Source: Edaphobacter aggregans (GTDB taxonomy: Bacteria; Acidobacteriota; Terriglobia; Terriglobales; Acidobacteriaceae). Taken from it: a DNA stretch of 32,000 nt. The stretch is taken from NCBI RefSeq assembly GCF_003945235.1, contig NZ_RSDW01000001.1, positions 2,070,001 to 2,102,000 of the forward strand, given 5' to 3'. The position numbers and the translations under genes are program-made. A model generated the notes under the pieces. The model searched no databases, had not been told where the DNA came from, and was given only the letters and a program-made list of their open reading frames with translations. Position 1 is the first letter of the stretch. Each line of letters starts with the position of its first letter. Positions 7,792-15,851 of the stretch are shown here, in pieces.

Positions 7792-8184
7792 CTAATGGCG
7801 TTGGAGCCAGCGACGGGCGGAGAAGTCTGTGGCTATGCTGGCTGCGAGCAGCGTGAGGCTGATGGTGAAGGCGCTTGCGGTCCAGCCGAGTTCCATGCGG
7901 CCTTTGAGCATGAAGCGGTCGAGGAGGGCCAGGACCAGGACCAGCACTGCCGCTTCGGCGAAGAAGGACGAGCAGCGGTGGGCGGAGATGGCGATCAGTT
8001 CGACGAGCGGGGTCGAGCCCTTTGCCGGGGTTGGGCCTCCGCCTGAAGGTACGAGTGTGAGTCGGGCTGGGGGCGTACTGGGTTCGAGGTGAACGGTGCT
8101 GCCGGTTTGGGGTTGGATTCGGGTGGTGTCGAGGATTACAGGGGAGGTGCTCCTTACGGAGCTCAATGGATGATTGTGAAACAT
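7792..8184 (-). CDS. hypothetical membrane protein (two C-terminal hydrophobic segments)
   Basis: Third-codon positions on the minus strand are overwhelmingly G/C, mostly C, as in neighbouring real genes. The C-terminal half (AEAAVLVLVLALL..., WTASAFTISLTLLAASIA) looks like two TM helices. The start is uncertain: ATG 8184 is preferred, and the track gives 8241. Confidence 0.5.
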   Translation of the reverse strand: MFHNHPLSSVRSTSPVILDTTRIQPQTGSTVHLEPSTPPARLTLVPSGGGPTPAKGSTPLVELIAISAHRCSSFFAEAAVLVLVLALLDRFMLKGRMELGWTASAFTISLTLLAASIATDFSARRWLQRH

Positions 8185-8328
8185 AAACAAGCCTTTGTGG
8201 TGCCTGTATCGAGTGTGGCAGGTGGGGAGGCCGAAGTCCAATGAATTTCCGGTAACTTGTTGATAATTAGCTGCTTATGGATGTTTATGCAGGGTGGGTG
8301 AGAGAATATACAGGCGAGGATTTTTCTG

Positions 8329-9264
8329 GTGCGAATGATTGCTGTTGATATGGATGGGACGTTGCTGGGGGCTGATGGGCAGGTGAGCGCTCGGAACCTG
8401 GCGGCTTTGAAGGCGGCTGAGGCGGCGGGGGTTGAGGTGGTGGTCGCGACGGGGCGGCGGCATTGTTATGCGATGCGACAGCTCAGGGGGCTTGGGCTGG
8501 GGGAGGAGAATGGGCTGATCAGCTCGAATGGGACTGTGGTTCGAACGATGGGGGCGAGGTTGCTGGAGCGGACGCTGCTTCCGAAGGAGACGGCGCAGTG
8601 GCTTTGTGGGCATGTGGAGGAGTTCAGGAACTCGCTGGTGATGACGTTCGACAGGGTGGGACCGGATGGAGAGGATGACCGGGGGGCTCTGGTGGTGGAG
8701 GAGTTGGAGGAGTTGCATGGAAGCATTGGCAAGTGGATGGTGGCGAATGAGCCTTATATTGCGCATGTGAATCCGATTGAGAAGGCGCTGGAGGGGGAGG
8801 ATCCGATCCAGATGATGCTTTGCGGGACGGTGGAGAGGATGCGGCGGGCGGAGGCGCGGCTGCTGGAGCATCCGGGGGTGTCGGCTGTGGGGCTGGGGCC
8901 TCAGGAGTGGACTGCAGGAGTGGAGGTTGCGCTGCACAGGACGGAGTATCCGGTGCGGGATTTGAGTATTGTGGACATTTTGCCGGCTGGGTGCAGTAAG
9001 GGGTCGGCGCTGCTGCGTTTGGCTGCGGATAGGGGTGTGGGGGTCGAAGAGATTGTGGCTATTGGGGATAACTGGAACGACGTGTCGATGCTGGAGGTTG
9101 CTGGACGAGCGGTGTTGATGGCGAATGCTCCGGAGGATTTGAAAGAGATGGCTGTCGGGCGTGGATGGGCGATGGGCAAGCGGCATGATGAGGATGGAGT
9201 AGCCGAGGTAATCGAGGCTGCGCTGGCAGGGAAGTTTGCTGGGGCGCTGCAGGTGGCTCGATAG
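8329..9264 (+). CDS. Cof-type HAD-IIB family hydrolase
   Basis: HAD motif I IAVDMDGTLL, motif II-like VVVATGR, and motif IV GDNWNDVSMLEVAG. GAGGA lies 8 nt upstream of the GTG start. Confidence 0.85.
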   Translation: MRMIAVDMDGTLLGADGQVSARNLAALKAAEAAGVEVVVATGRRHCYAMRQLRGLGLGEENGLISSNGTVVRTMGARLLERTLLPKETAQWLCGHVEEFRNSLVMTFDRVGPDGEDDRGALVVEELEELHGSIGKWMVANEPYIAHVNPIEKALEGEDPIQMMLCGTVERMRRAEARLLEHPGVSAVGLGPQEWTAGVEVALHRTEYPVRDLSIVDILPAGCSKGSALLRLAADRGVGVEEIVAIGDNWNDVSMLEVAGRAVLMANAPEDLKEMAVGRGWAMGKRHDEDGVAEVIEAALAGKFAGALQVAR

Positions 9265-9301
9265 TGGGAGTTGCGAGATGGGGTTGCGGTGGTAGGCTTT
9301 G

Positions 9302-10027
9302 ATGGTGGCATTTCGGTTTAGTTCGGTGATGATGCTGGCGCTGGCGGTGTGTCCGATGGCGCGGGCGGCTGAGCATGTGACGCTGAAGAATGGGTTCGAG
9401 CTGGATTGCGTGCGACGCGAGGTTGTGGGGGATAAGATTCGGCTTTACCTGGTGGGTAAGCGCTCCGAGACGAACTACCTCGAGGTCGCTGGGGATGCAG
9501 TGGCTCGGGTAGAGACGATTGCAGACTTGCCGCTGACTCCTGAAGATTCGCCGGAAGTGGCGAAGACTTTGGTGGCTCCAATGCCAACGGCGCCTGTGAC
9601 TGCTCTGACGAAGGCGGAAATGCGGGAGATGCTGGCTCATGCGGGTGGCGAGCACAATATTGATGCGGATCTGCTGGCGAGTGTCGTGCGGGCTGAGAGC
9701 GGTGGGCAAGTGCGGGCGGTTTCGCGGACGGGTGCGAAGGGCTTGATGCAGTTGATGCCGGGGACTGCTGGCGAGCTCGGAGTTCACGATGCGTTTCGGC
9801 CTGAGGAGAATATTGCGGGTGGGACGGCTTATCTGGATTCTCTGCTGACGCGGTATCACGATAATCTTTCGCTGGCGCTGGCAGCTTACAACGCGGGGCC
9901 GGGGGCGGTGGACAAGTATCATGGGGTGCCTCCTTACCGCGAGACACGGGCTTATGTGGCGCGGGTGATTCGGGAGTTTAATCGGCGCAAGCAGATGACT
10001 CAGCAAGAGCGTCCGAGTAAGGGATGA
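9302..10027 (+). CDS. lytic transglycosylase (SLT domain) with signal peptide
   Basis: Signal-like N-terminus MVAFRFSSVMMLALAVCPMARA. SLT motifs are present: AESGGQVRAVSRTGAKGLMQLMPGTA and AYNAGPGAV. The start is ambiguous among 9299 TTG, 9302 ATG and 9305 GTG. Confidence 0.85.
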   Translation: MVAFRFSSVMMLALAVCPMARAAEHVTLKNGFELDCVRREVVGDKIRLYLVGKRSETNYLEVAGDAVARVETIADLPLTPEDSPEVAKTLVAPMPTAPVTALTKAEMREMLAHAGGEHNIDADLLASVVRAESGGQVRAVSRTGAKGLMQLMPGTAGELGVHDAFRPEENIAGGTAYLDSLLTRYHDNLSLALAAYNAGPGAVDKYHGVPPYRETRAYVARVIREFNRRKQMTQQERPSKG

Positions 10028-10065
10028 GGCGGGCGCCATTCTCGCTTTGACGATGAGAGATAACG

Positions 10066-11115
10066 ATGAATAAGAAGAGTGGTGTGCTCTGGGTTGTCGC
10101 CATTGTGGCGCTTGCGGTGATTGTGTTTGTGTTTCGCGGTAAGGTGCAATTTGATTGGGCGATGTTCTGGCAGCAGCTACGTCATGCAAGCCCGGTGCAC
10201 ATTGCCTTTGCGATTGCGCTGATATATGCAACGTATTTTTTGCGGGCGGTGCGGTGGAGCGTGTTTGTTTCGCCGACGAAGAAGGTGCCTGCGACGTCGT
10301 TGCTGGGGTCGCAGTTTATTGGATTTACGGCGGTGGCGGTGTTTGGGCGACTGGCGGATTTGACTCGGCCTTATCTAGTGGCTCGGCGGACTGGGTTGCC
10401 GCTTAGTTCGCAGGTGGCGGTGTATACGATCGAGCGGATGTTTGATCTGGGAGCGGCGGCGTTGATTTTTTCGACTGCGCTGGCGTTTACTCCGAGGGAT
10501 TTGCCGCATCATGACGTGTTTGTGCGAGCAGGCGCGCTGAGTCTGGCGGCTACGTTGGCTATCGCGGTGTTTGCCGGGGTGGTTCGGTTTGCGGGCGGAG
10601 CCGTGGCTGGGTTTGCTCGGGCCGCGCTGGGGGCGTTGTCAAAGGGCTTGGGGGAGAGCGTTTCGACGAAGATCCTGGGGTTTCGCGATGGATTGAATGC
10701 GATCGAGTCGGCGCGTGAGTTTGGGATGGTGACGGCGATTTCGCTGTTGATGTGGGGGATGATTGGGATGGCATACCTGCAGACGGCGCATGCGTTTGTA
10801 CACACGCCGGAGTTGGCGGGGCTGACGTTCTCGCGGACGATGCTGCTGATGGCGGCTAGTATCGGCGGTTCTCTGCTGCAGTTGCCGATCATCGGATGGT
10901 TCACGCAGATTGCGGTGACGGCTGCGGCGATGCATACGCTATATGGGGCTCCGATTGAAGCGGCGACGGCTTGTGGGGCAGTGTTGCTGGTGGTGACGTT
11001 TCTCTGCATCATTCCTACGGGGCTGCTTTATGCGCGGGTGGAGCATGTGAGTTTAAAGAAGGTGGCCGAAGAGAGCGCGATCGAATCGGATAAAGAAGGT
11101 GTCGGCAGAGTGTAA
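10066..11115 (+). CDS. lysylphosphatidylglycerol-synthase-TM-like (UPF0104/flippase-like) integral membrane protein
   Basis: Polytopic hydrophobic protein. The N-terminal pattern (TM helix, then WxxFWQQLRHASPxxIAFAIALIYATYFLRAVRW) is typical of the LPG_synthase_TM family. Confidence 0.8.
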   Translation: MNKKSGVLWVVAIVALAVIVFVFRGKVQFDWAMFWQQLRHASPVHIAFAIALIYATYFLRAVRWSVFVSPTKKVPATSLLGSQFIGFTAVAVFGRLADLTRPYLVARRTGLPLSSQVAVYTIERMFDLGAAALIFSTALAFTPRDLPHHDVFVRAGALSLAATLAIAVFAGVVRFAGGAVAGFARAALGALSKGLGESVSTKILGFRDGLNAIESAREFGMVTAISLLMWGMIGMAYLQTAHAFVHTPELAGLTFSRTMLLMAASIGGSLLQLPIIGWFTQIAVTAAAMHTLYGAPIEAATACGAVLLVVTFLCIIPTGLLYARVEHVSLKKVAEESAIESDKEGVGRV

Positions 11116-11132
11116 GAGAAGCAATTTCTAAC

Positions 11133-11157
11133 GGAAGGAAATCTACTAATCCCTTCC
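11133..11157. terminator. weak hairpin between convergent genes
   Basis: GGAAGG (11133-11138) pairs with CCTTCC (11152-11157) across a 13-nt loop, followed by TTTCTT. It overlaps the aroK stop codon. The stem is only 6 bp. Confidence 0.3.
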
Positions 11158-11748
11158 TTTCTTATCTCGCAGCCTATGTTGGATAGCTATTGCAACTTCA
11201 TTCGGATTTTTTTTCGCAACATCTATCGTTAGATGGCAATGAGCCGTATACAAAGATCTGCGAGTCATGAAGCGAGCATGTGCCACTTCGAGGTTCTTCA
11301 GTAGGGGGCGATAGGTGGAATCACCTCTTTGCGCTTGTTGCTGGCATCGTTCGATAAGTGTGTCGAAAGGAGCATCGAGGAAAACGATCAGGGTGTCGGG
11401 ACTTAAGGCGAGAAGCTGTTGGTTCCTCGGCAGGTCAATCGCCGCTCCACCCAGCGCAACGACAGTGTCTGATTGACCTAATGCATGGAACAAAGCATCA
11501 GACTCGAGGCTGCGAAAGCCCGGCACGCCCAAAGCAGCAAACAGATTTGCCGCGGTCGCTCCTGCGGATTGCTCAATATGTTTGTCGACGTCAAGGAAAG
11601 CCCAGTGGATCTGCCCGGCAAGTAATGCGCCGACTGTGGATTTACCGGCTCCCATAAAACCGGTCAGCATCAGGCGCGACATTTTTCTTGGGTACTTAAA
11701 GGCTACGTCAGTCGATGAGGTTCGCTGAACTTGCTCCTTTTGCGTCAT
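11146..11748 (-). CDS. aroK: shikimate kinase
   Basis: P-loop LTGFMGAGKSTVG, then FLDVDKHIEQSAG, FRSLES, VVALGGAA and YRPLL, in the canonical shikimate kinase order. The alternative start ATG 11682 (MSRLMLTGFMGAGKS) gives the classic N-terminus. Codon third positions are far less GC-biased than in neighbours. Confidence 0.8.
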   Translation of the reverse strand: MTQKEQVQRTSSTDVAFKYPRKMSRLMLTGFMGAGKSTVGALLAGQIHWAFLDVDKHIEQSAGATAANLFAALGVPGFRSLESDALFHALGQSDTVVALGGAAIDLPRNQQLLALSPDTLIVFLDAPFDTLIERCQQQAQRGDSTYRPLLKNLEVAHARFMTRRSLYTAHCHLTIDVAKKNPNEVAIAIQHRLRDKKGRD

Positions 11749-11848
11749 GGAAGCATGCTAGCGGCAAAGAAGAGCTTTGCACGTATGCACATGAAAAAAC
11801 CCACTCCTACGAAACTTGGGAACCCACTGCTAGAATCGAAGTATTCCG

Positions 11849-12322
11849 ATGAAGTGTCCTTACTGTGGATTTGCCCAGGATCGAGTAGTTGATTCGCGCG
11901 AGAGTAAAGAGGCGGACTCGATTCGCAGACGACGTGAGTGCGAAGGGTGCAATAAGCGCTTTACGACGTATGAGCGGATCGATGAGATTCCGTACATGGT
12001 GGTCAAGAAAGATGGGCGACGGGAGAAGTTCGATCGGCAAAAGGTGCTGAGTGGGCTGCTGCATGCCTGCGAGAAGCGGCCTGTTTCGGCGATAAAGCTG
12101 GAGCAGATCGTCGATGAGACTGAAGCGTATGTAGTGGATTCGCCAGAGCGGGAGCGGTCGACCAGCGAGGTGGGCGAGTTGATTATGACTCGGCTTAAGG
12201 ACATCGACACGGTGGCTTATATACGGTTTGCGAGCGTTTATCGGGACTTCAAGGATGTGCGGGAGTTCAAGCAGGAACTGGAAGAGCTGCTGAGCGGAAA
12301 AGATCACAGGAAGAGAAAGTAA
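11849..12322 (+). CDS. nrdR: transcriptional repressor NrdR
   Basis: MKCPYCGFAQDRVVDSRESKEADSIRRRRECEGCNKRFTTYERI is the zinc ribbon, followed by an ATP-cone (KKDGRREKFDRQKV...). This is textbook NrdR. Confidence 0.95.
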   Translation: MKCPYCGFAQDRVVDSRESKEADSIRRRRECEGCNKRFTTYERIDEIPYMVVKKDGRREKFDRQKVLSGLLHACEKRPVSAIKLEQIVDETEAYVVDSPERERSTSEVGELIMTRLKDIDTVAYIRFASVYRDFKDVREFKQELEELLSGKDHRKRK

Positions 12323-12332
12323 CGGAAGCAGG

Positions 12333-13376
12333 ATGACGATGAAGACACACAAGATTACGTTGATTCCGGGCGATGGTATTGGACCGGAGGTTTCGAGCGC
12401 GGTGGTGAGCATTTTGGAGGCTGCCGGCGCGGCTACGGGTGTGCGGTTTGAGTGGCACAGGCATCTGGCGGGTGCGGAGGCTTTCGAGAAGACGCGGGAG
12501 TACATTCCGAAGGAGCTGTACGAGTCGATTGAAGAGAACCGCGTGGCGCTGAAGGGGCCGGTGACGACTCCGGTGGGCGGCGGGTTTGCCTCGATCAACG
12601 TGACGCTACGGAAGAAGTTTGAGCTGTTTGCGAACTTCAGGCCGGTGAAGAATCTACCGGGTTTGAAGACCAAGTATCCGGATGTTGACCTGATTATTGT
12701 GCGCGAAAACATGGAAGACCTTTATGCCGGACTCGAGCATGAGGTGGTTCCGGGTGTGGTGCAGGCGCTGAAGGTGATTACGTCGAAGGGCTCGACGCGG
12801 ATTGCGAAGTTTGCGTTCGACTATGCGCGGAAGCATGGGCGGAAGAAGGTGCATGCGATCCACAAGGCGAACATTATGAAGCTGTCAGATGGGCTGTTTC
12901 TGCGCTGCTGCCGGGATGTTTCGCTGGGATTTCCTGAGGTGAGCTATCACGAGCACATTGTTGATAACGCTTGCATGCAGTTGGTGATGAATCCTTACCA
13001 GTACGACGTTTTGTTGACCGAGAATCTGTACGGGGACATTCTGAGCGATCTTTGCAGCGCGTTTGTGGGTGGGTTGGGCTTGGTTCCGGGGGCGAACCTG
13101 GGGACGGAGTGCGCGATCTTTGAGGCGGTGCATGGGTCGGCTCCGGATATTGCTGGCAAGGACATGGCGAATCCGACGGCGCTGTTGCAGAGCGCGGTGC
13201 TGATGCTGCATCACATCAATGAGCCGGAGACCGCGGAGCGTGTGCAGGCTGGGCTGGAGCAGGTGTATCGCGAGGGCAAGGTGCTGACGAAGGATGTGGG
13301 TGGCACGAGTGGGACGAAGGCCTTTGCAGATGCGGTACTGAAGGCGATGGAGGCTCCGGTGGCGGCTGGGGCTTAG
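12333..13376 (+). CDS. NAD-dependent isocitrate dehydrogenase (IDH3-like; isocitrate/isopropylmalate dehydrogenase family)
   Basis: [58 protein letters not shown] and NLYGDILSD are all present. Substrate specificity (isocitrate versus homoisocitrate) cannot be fixed from sequence alone. Confidence 0.9.
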   Translation: MTMKTHKITLIPGDGIGPEVSSAVVSILEAAGAATGVRFEWHRHLAGAEAFEKTREYIPKELYESIEENRVALKGPVTTPVGGGFASINVTLRKKFELFANFRPVKNLPGLKTKYPDVDLIIVRENMEDLYAGLEHEVVPGVVQALKVITSKGSTRIAKFAFDYARKHGRKKVHAIHKANIMKLSDGLFLRCCRDVSLGFPEVSYHEHIVDNACMQLVMNPYQYDVLLTENLYGDILSDLCSAFVGGLGLVPGANLGTECAIFEAVHGSAPDIAGKDMANPTALLQSAVLMLHHINEPETAERVQAGLEQVYREGKVLTKDVGGTSGTKAFADAVLKAMEAPVAAGA

Positions 13377-13423
13377 TTCTGCTTGCGGTTCTTTAGTCGG
13401 TTACGGAAGAGGAGTGGGATTGC

Positions 13424-14227
13424 ATGAGACGGATGTGTGGTTGGCTGGTGATGGGTGCGGCCCTGGTTGGGCTGGTGGGGTGCAAGCCGAGTGATGCAGT
13501 TCGACAGGCTAAGCCGATTGGCGATGAGGCCAGGAGAGCGGAGCCTGTGGCGCCTGCGGCTGCTGCGCTCGATCCGGCGACGCTGGGAGCAGTGAGCGGC
13601 ACGGTGCACTTTGTGGGGAAGGCTCCGCAGCGGTTGAAGATCGATATGAGCATGGATCCGGTGTGCTCGATGGTGGGCGGGGAGAATTTTGCCGAGCAGT
13701 TTGTCGTGAAGGACGGCAAGCTCGCGAATGTCTATATCTATGTGAAGGATGGACCCGCGGCGGCGATGGCCGCTTCGATGCGTTCGTCTGAGCCGGTGGT
13801 GATGGATCAGGTGGGGTGCCGGTATACGCCGCACGTGATTGCCCTGATGCGCGGGGGAACGGTGGAGTTCCGGAACTCGGATGCGACGATGCATAACGTT
13901 CACGCCATGCCGGCAGTGGCGGGGAATGAGACGATGGATGTTTCGCAGGCAGCGAAGGGGTCCCCGCAACAGAAGCGGTTTGATCAGCCTGAAGTGATGA
14001 TGCCGGTGCGGTGCAATAACCATCCGTGGATGAATGCGTTCATCAATGTGTCGGCTACGCCGTTTTTTGCGGTGACGGACGCGGAGGGGCGGTTCGAGAT
14101 TAAGGGCCTGCCGGCGGGAACGTATACACTGGCGGCTGTCCACGAGAAGATGGGCGAACAGACGATAAAGGTAACGGTTGCACCGAAGGAGTCAGAGAAG
14201 GCGGAGTTTACGTATTCGATGAAATAA
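13424..14227 (+). CDS. lipoprotein with cupredoxin-like Cu site and C-terminal carboxypeptidase-regulatory-like domain
   Basis: Lipobox LVGLVGC. Candidate type-1 Cu ligands are MHNVH...C-NN-H-PW-M (amicyanin-like C-x2-H-x2-M spacing). The C-terminus TDAEGRFEIKGLPAGTYTLAAVHEKMG is typical of CarboxypepD_reg-like beta-sandwiches. Confidence 0.75.
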   Translation: MRRMCGWLVMGAALVGLVGCKPSDAVRQAKPIGDEARRAEPVAPAAAALDPATLGAVSGTVHFVGKAPQRLKIDMSMDPVCSMVGGENFAEQFVVKDGKLANVYIYVKDGPAAAMAASMRSSEPVVMDQVGCRYTPHVIALMRGGTVEFRNSDATMHNVHAMPAVAGNETMDVSQAAKGSPQQKRFDQPEVMMPVRCNNHPWMNAFINVSATPFFAVTDAEGRFEIKGLPAGTYTLAAVHEKMGEQTIKVTVAPKESEKAEFTYSMK

Positions 14228-14239
14228 AGGAGATCGCAG

Positions 14240-14587
14240 ATGATGATGGCGGCGGTTCTGGCTGGTGCAGCGATGTTGCAGCAGGTTGAGGAACACAGTT
14301 TCAGCCTGGTTCTGGTGATTCATCGGCTTCCTTTATGGTTTCTGGTCTTTTCGCTGTTTCTGCCGCGAATCGCGCTGGTTGTGGCCTGGTTTCAAGGTGT
14401 GCTGATTCCCTTCCATCCGCATGGCCTGATTCCTTTGATAATTGCAATCCTGCTGCCGCGCGCGCTGGTTCTTTGGCTGATTTATCTCGATCAGGGCGTG
14501 AGTCTGTGGTTTCTTATTCATCTGGTTGTGGCGGTGTTGGTCTGGAGCGGCGGCGGACATCAGATGAAGCGGCGGGTGAGTCACTGA
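14240..14587 (+). CDS. small hydrophobic membrane protein (about 3-4 TM)
   Basis: AAGGAG lies 7 nt upstream of the ATG, 12 nt after the preceding stop. The sequence is strongly hydrophobic (LWFLVFSLFLPRIALVVAWF, LIPLIIAILLPRALVLWLIYL, LWFLIHLVVAVLVW). Confidence 0.6.
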   Translation: MMMAAVLAGAAMLQQVEEHSFSLVLVIHRLPLWFLVFSLFLPRIALVVAWFQGVLIPFHPHGLIPLIIAILLPRALVLWLIYLDQGVSLWFLIHLVVAVLVWSGGGHQMKRRVSH

Positions 14588-14597
14588 GCCTGGTGAG

Positions 14598-14625
14598 GAT
14601 GAAGGCCTAACACCGATTTGCACGG
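14598..14625. repeat. copy B of short intergenic repeat ATGAAGGCCTAACACCGAT(+ TTGCACGGA)
   Basis: The 19-nt core is identical to 7513-7531. It lies in the spacer upstream of asd, about 100 nt from its ATG. Confidence 0.6.
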
Positions 14626-14720
14626 ATGAATACCGAATGGGACACGTTTGTGTCAAAAATGCCTTGTTTGCAGCTATGACGGTGACGTTAAGGAATAGAC
14701 CGCGTTATTCTTGAAGAACT

Positions 14721-15851
14721 ATGGAACGGCGCAAAGTTGGGATCCTTGGCGCGACCGGAATGGTCGGGCAGCGATTTATTCAGTTATTGAACAATCACCC
14801 GTGGTTTGAGATCACGTGGTTGGCGGCGAGCGATCGCAGTGCGGGCAAGACGTTCGGCGAGGCGTGCCGGTGGAAGCTGGATACTCCGCTGCCGAAGAAG
14901 ATCGCCGAGATGACGGTGCAGCCGAATGTTCCGGAGCTGTGCGAGGGTGAGCTGCCGAAGATTATCTTTGCAGCGCTGGATGCTGACATTGCACGGGATC
15001 TGGAGCCGAGGTTTGCGGCTGCCGGGTGCGCGGTGATCTCGAACTCGAGCGCCTTCCGGATGGTGGCCGATGTGCCGCTGGTAGTCCCGGAGGTGAACGC
15101 CGACCATCTCGACTTGATCGAGACGCAGAGCTGGCGGAAGGCCTATGGCGGCAAGGGCGGGTATATCGTCACGAATCCGAATTGCAGCGCGATTGGTTTG
15201 GTGTTGGCGCTGAAGCCGCTGGAAGAACGGTTCGGAATTGAGAGCCTGTTTGTGAGCACGATGCAGGCGGTGAGCGGTGCGGGATATCCGGGCGTGGCTT
15301 CGCTGGATATTTTGGGCAATGTTGTTCCCTTCATCAAGAATGAAGAGGAGAAGATGCAGGAGGAGGTCGGTAAGCTGTTAGGTCGGCTGGATGGCAACCG
15401 CATCGAGATGCTGGATGCCAAGGTGAGCGCGCATTGCAACCGCGTGGCGGTCGAGGATGGGCATACCGAGTGCGTGAGCATCAAGTTCAAGCGGAAGGCT
15501 ACGCGGGAGGAGATCCTGGCGGCTTGGAGTGAGTTTGCTCCGCTGCGTCATTTTGTGCAGGATCAGCATTTGCCGACAGCTCCGGAGCAGCCGGTTGAGT
15601 ACGATGCAGCGGTGGATCGCCCGCAGCCTCGTCTGGACAGGATGCGCGGGCGTGGCATGGCGGCTACGGTTGGACGCCTGCGTGAGTGCACTCTGCTGGA
15701 CTGGAAGTTTGTAGTGCTTTCTCACAATACGATTCGCGGCGCGGCTGGGGCGGCTTTGCTAAATGCTGAGGTGCTGGCGCTGCTGGGCAAGTTGGATAAG
15801 CTGGGCGTGAACGCGAAGCCCGTTGCAGCACAAGTGGCGGTGACGGCTTGA
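14721..15851 (+). CDS. asd: aspartate-semialdehyde dehydrogenase
   Basis: VGILGATGMVGQRF Rossmann motif, active-site NPNCSAIG, and the length and architecture of the archaeal/Gram-positive-type Asd. Confidence 0.95.
   Translation: MERRKVGILGATGMVGQRFIQLLNNHPWFEITWLAASDRSAGKTFGEACRWKLDTPLPKKIAEMTVQPNVPELCEGELPKIIFAALDADIARDLEPRFAAAGCAVISNSSAFRMVADVPLVVPEVNADHLDLIETQSWRKAYGGKGGYIVTNPNCSAIGLVLALKPLEERFGIESLFVSTMQAVSGAGYPGVASLDILGNVVPFIKNEEEKMQEEVGKLLGRLDGNRIEMLDAKVSAHCNRVAVEDGHTECVSIKFKRKATREEILAAWSEFAPLRHFVQDQHLPTAPEQPVEYDAAVDRPQPRLDRMRGRGMAATVGRLRECTLLDWKFVVLSHNTIRGAAGAALLNAEVLALLGKLDKLGVNAKPVAAQVAVTA

Noticed and set aside
7550-8046. ORFs 7615-8046 (+) and 7550-7783 (-) across the thrC upstream spacer
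   Set aside because: They are encoded largely by the repeat modules (AVAVAVAV, QPQRQQQPQRQ strings). They have no RBS and their codon bias is inconsistent with real genes.
11770-11848. NrdR box or clear sigma70 promoter in the aroK-nrdR divergent spacer (TGCACGTATGCACA, TAGAAT)
   Set aside because: TAGAAT is a plausible -10 but has no well-spaced -35. The TGCAC direct repeat does not match the palindromic NrdR-box consensus as I remember it. Support is insufficient.
14636-14660. Hairpin GACAC-GTTT-GTGTC followed by AAAAAT as a terminator
   Set aside because: The stem is only 5 bp. The A-run follows the hairpin on the plus strand, and on the minus strand the T-run precedes it. The geometry is therefore wrong for either transcription direction.
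14588-14720. Lysine (L-box) riboswitch or T-box upstream of asd-lysC, and likewise at 21631-21699 upstream of dapA
   Set aside because: The spacers are too short (about 130 and 70 nt) and lack the conserved L-box core helices and motifs that I can recall. A covariance-model scan (Rfam RF00168) would be decisive.
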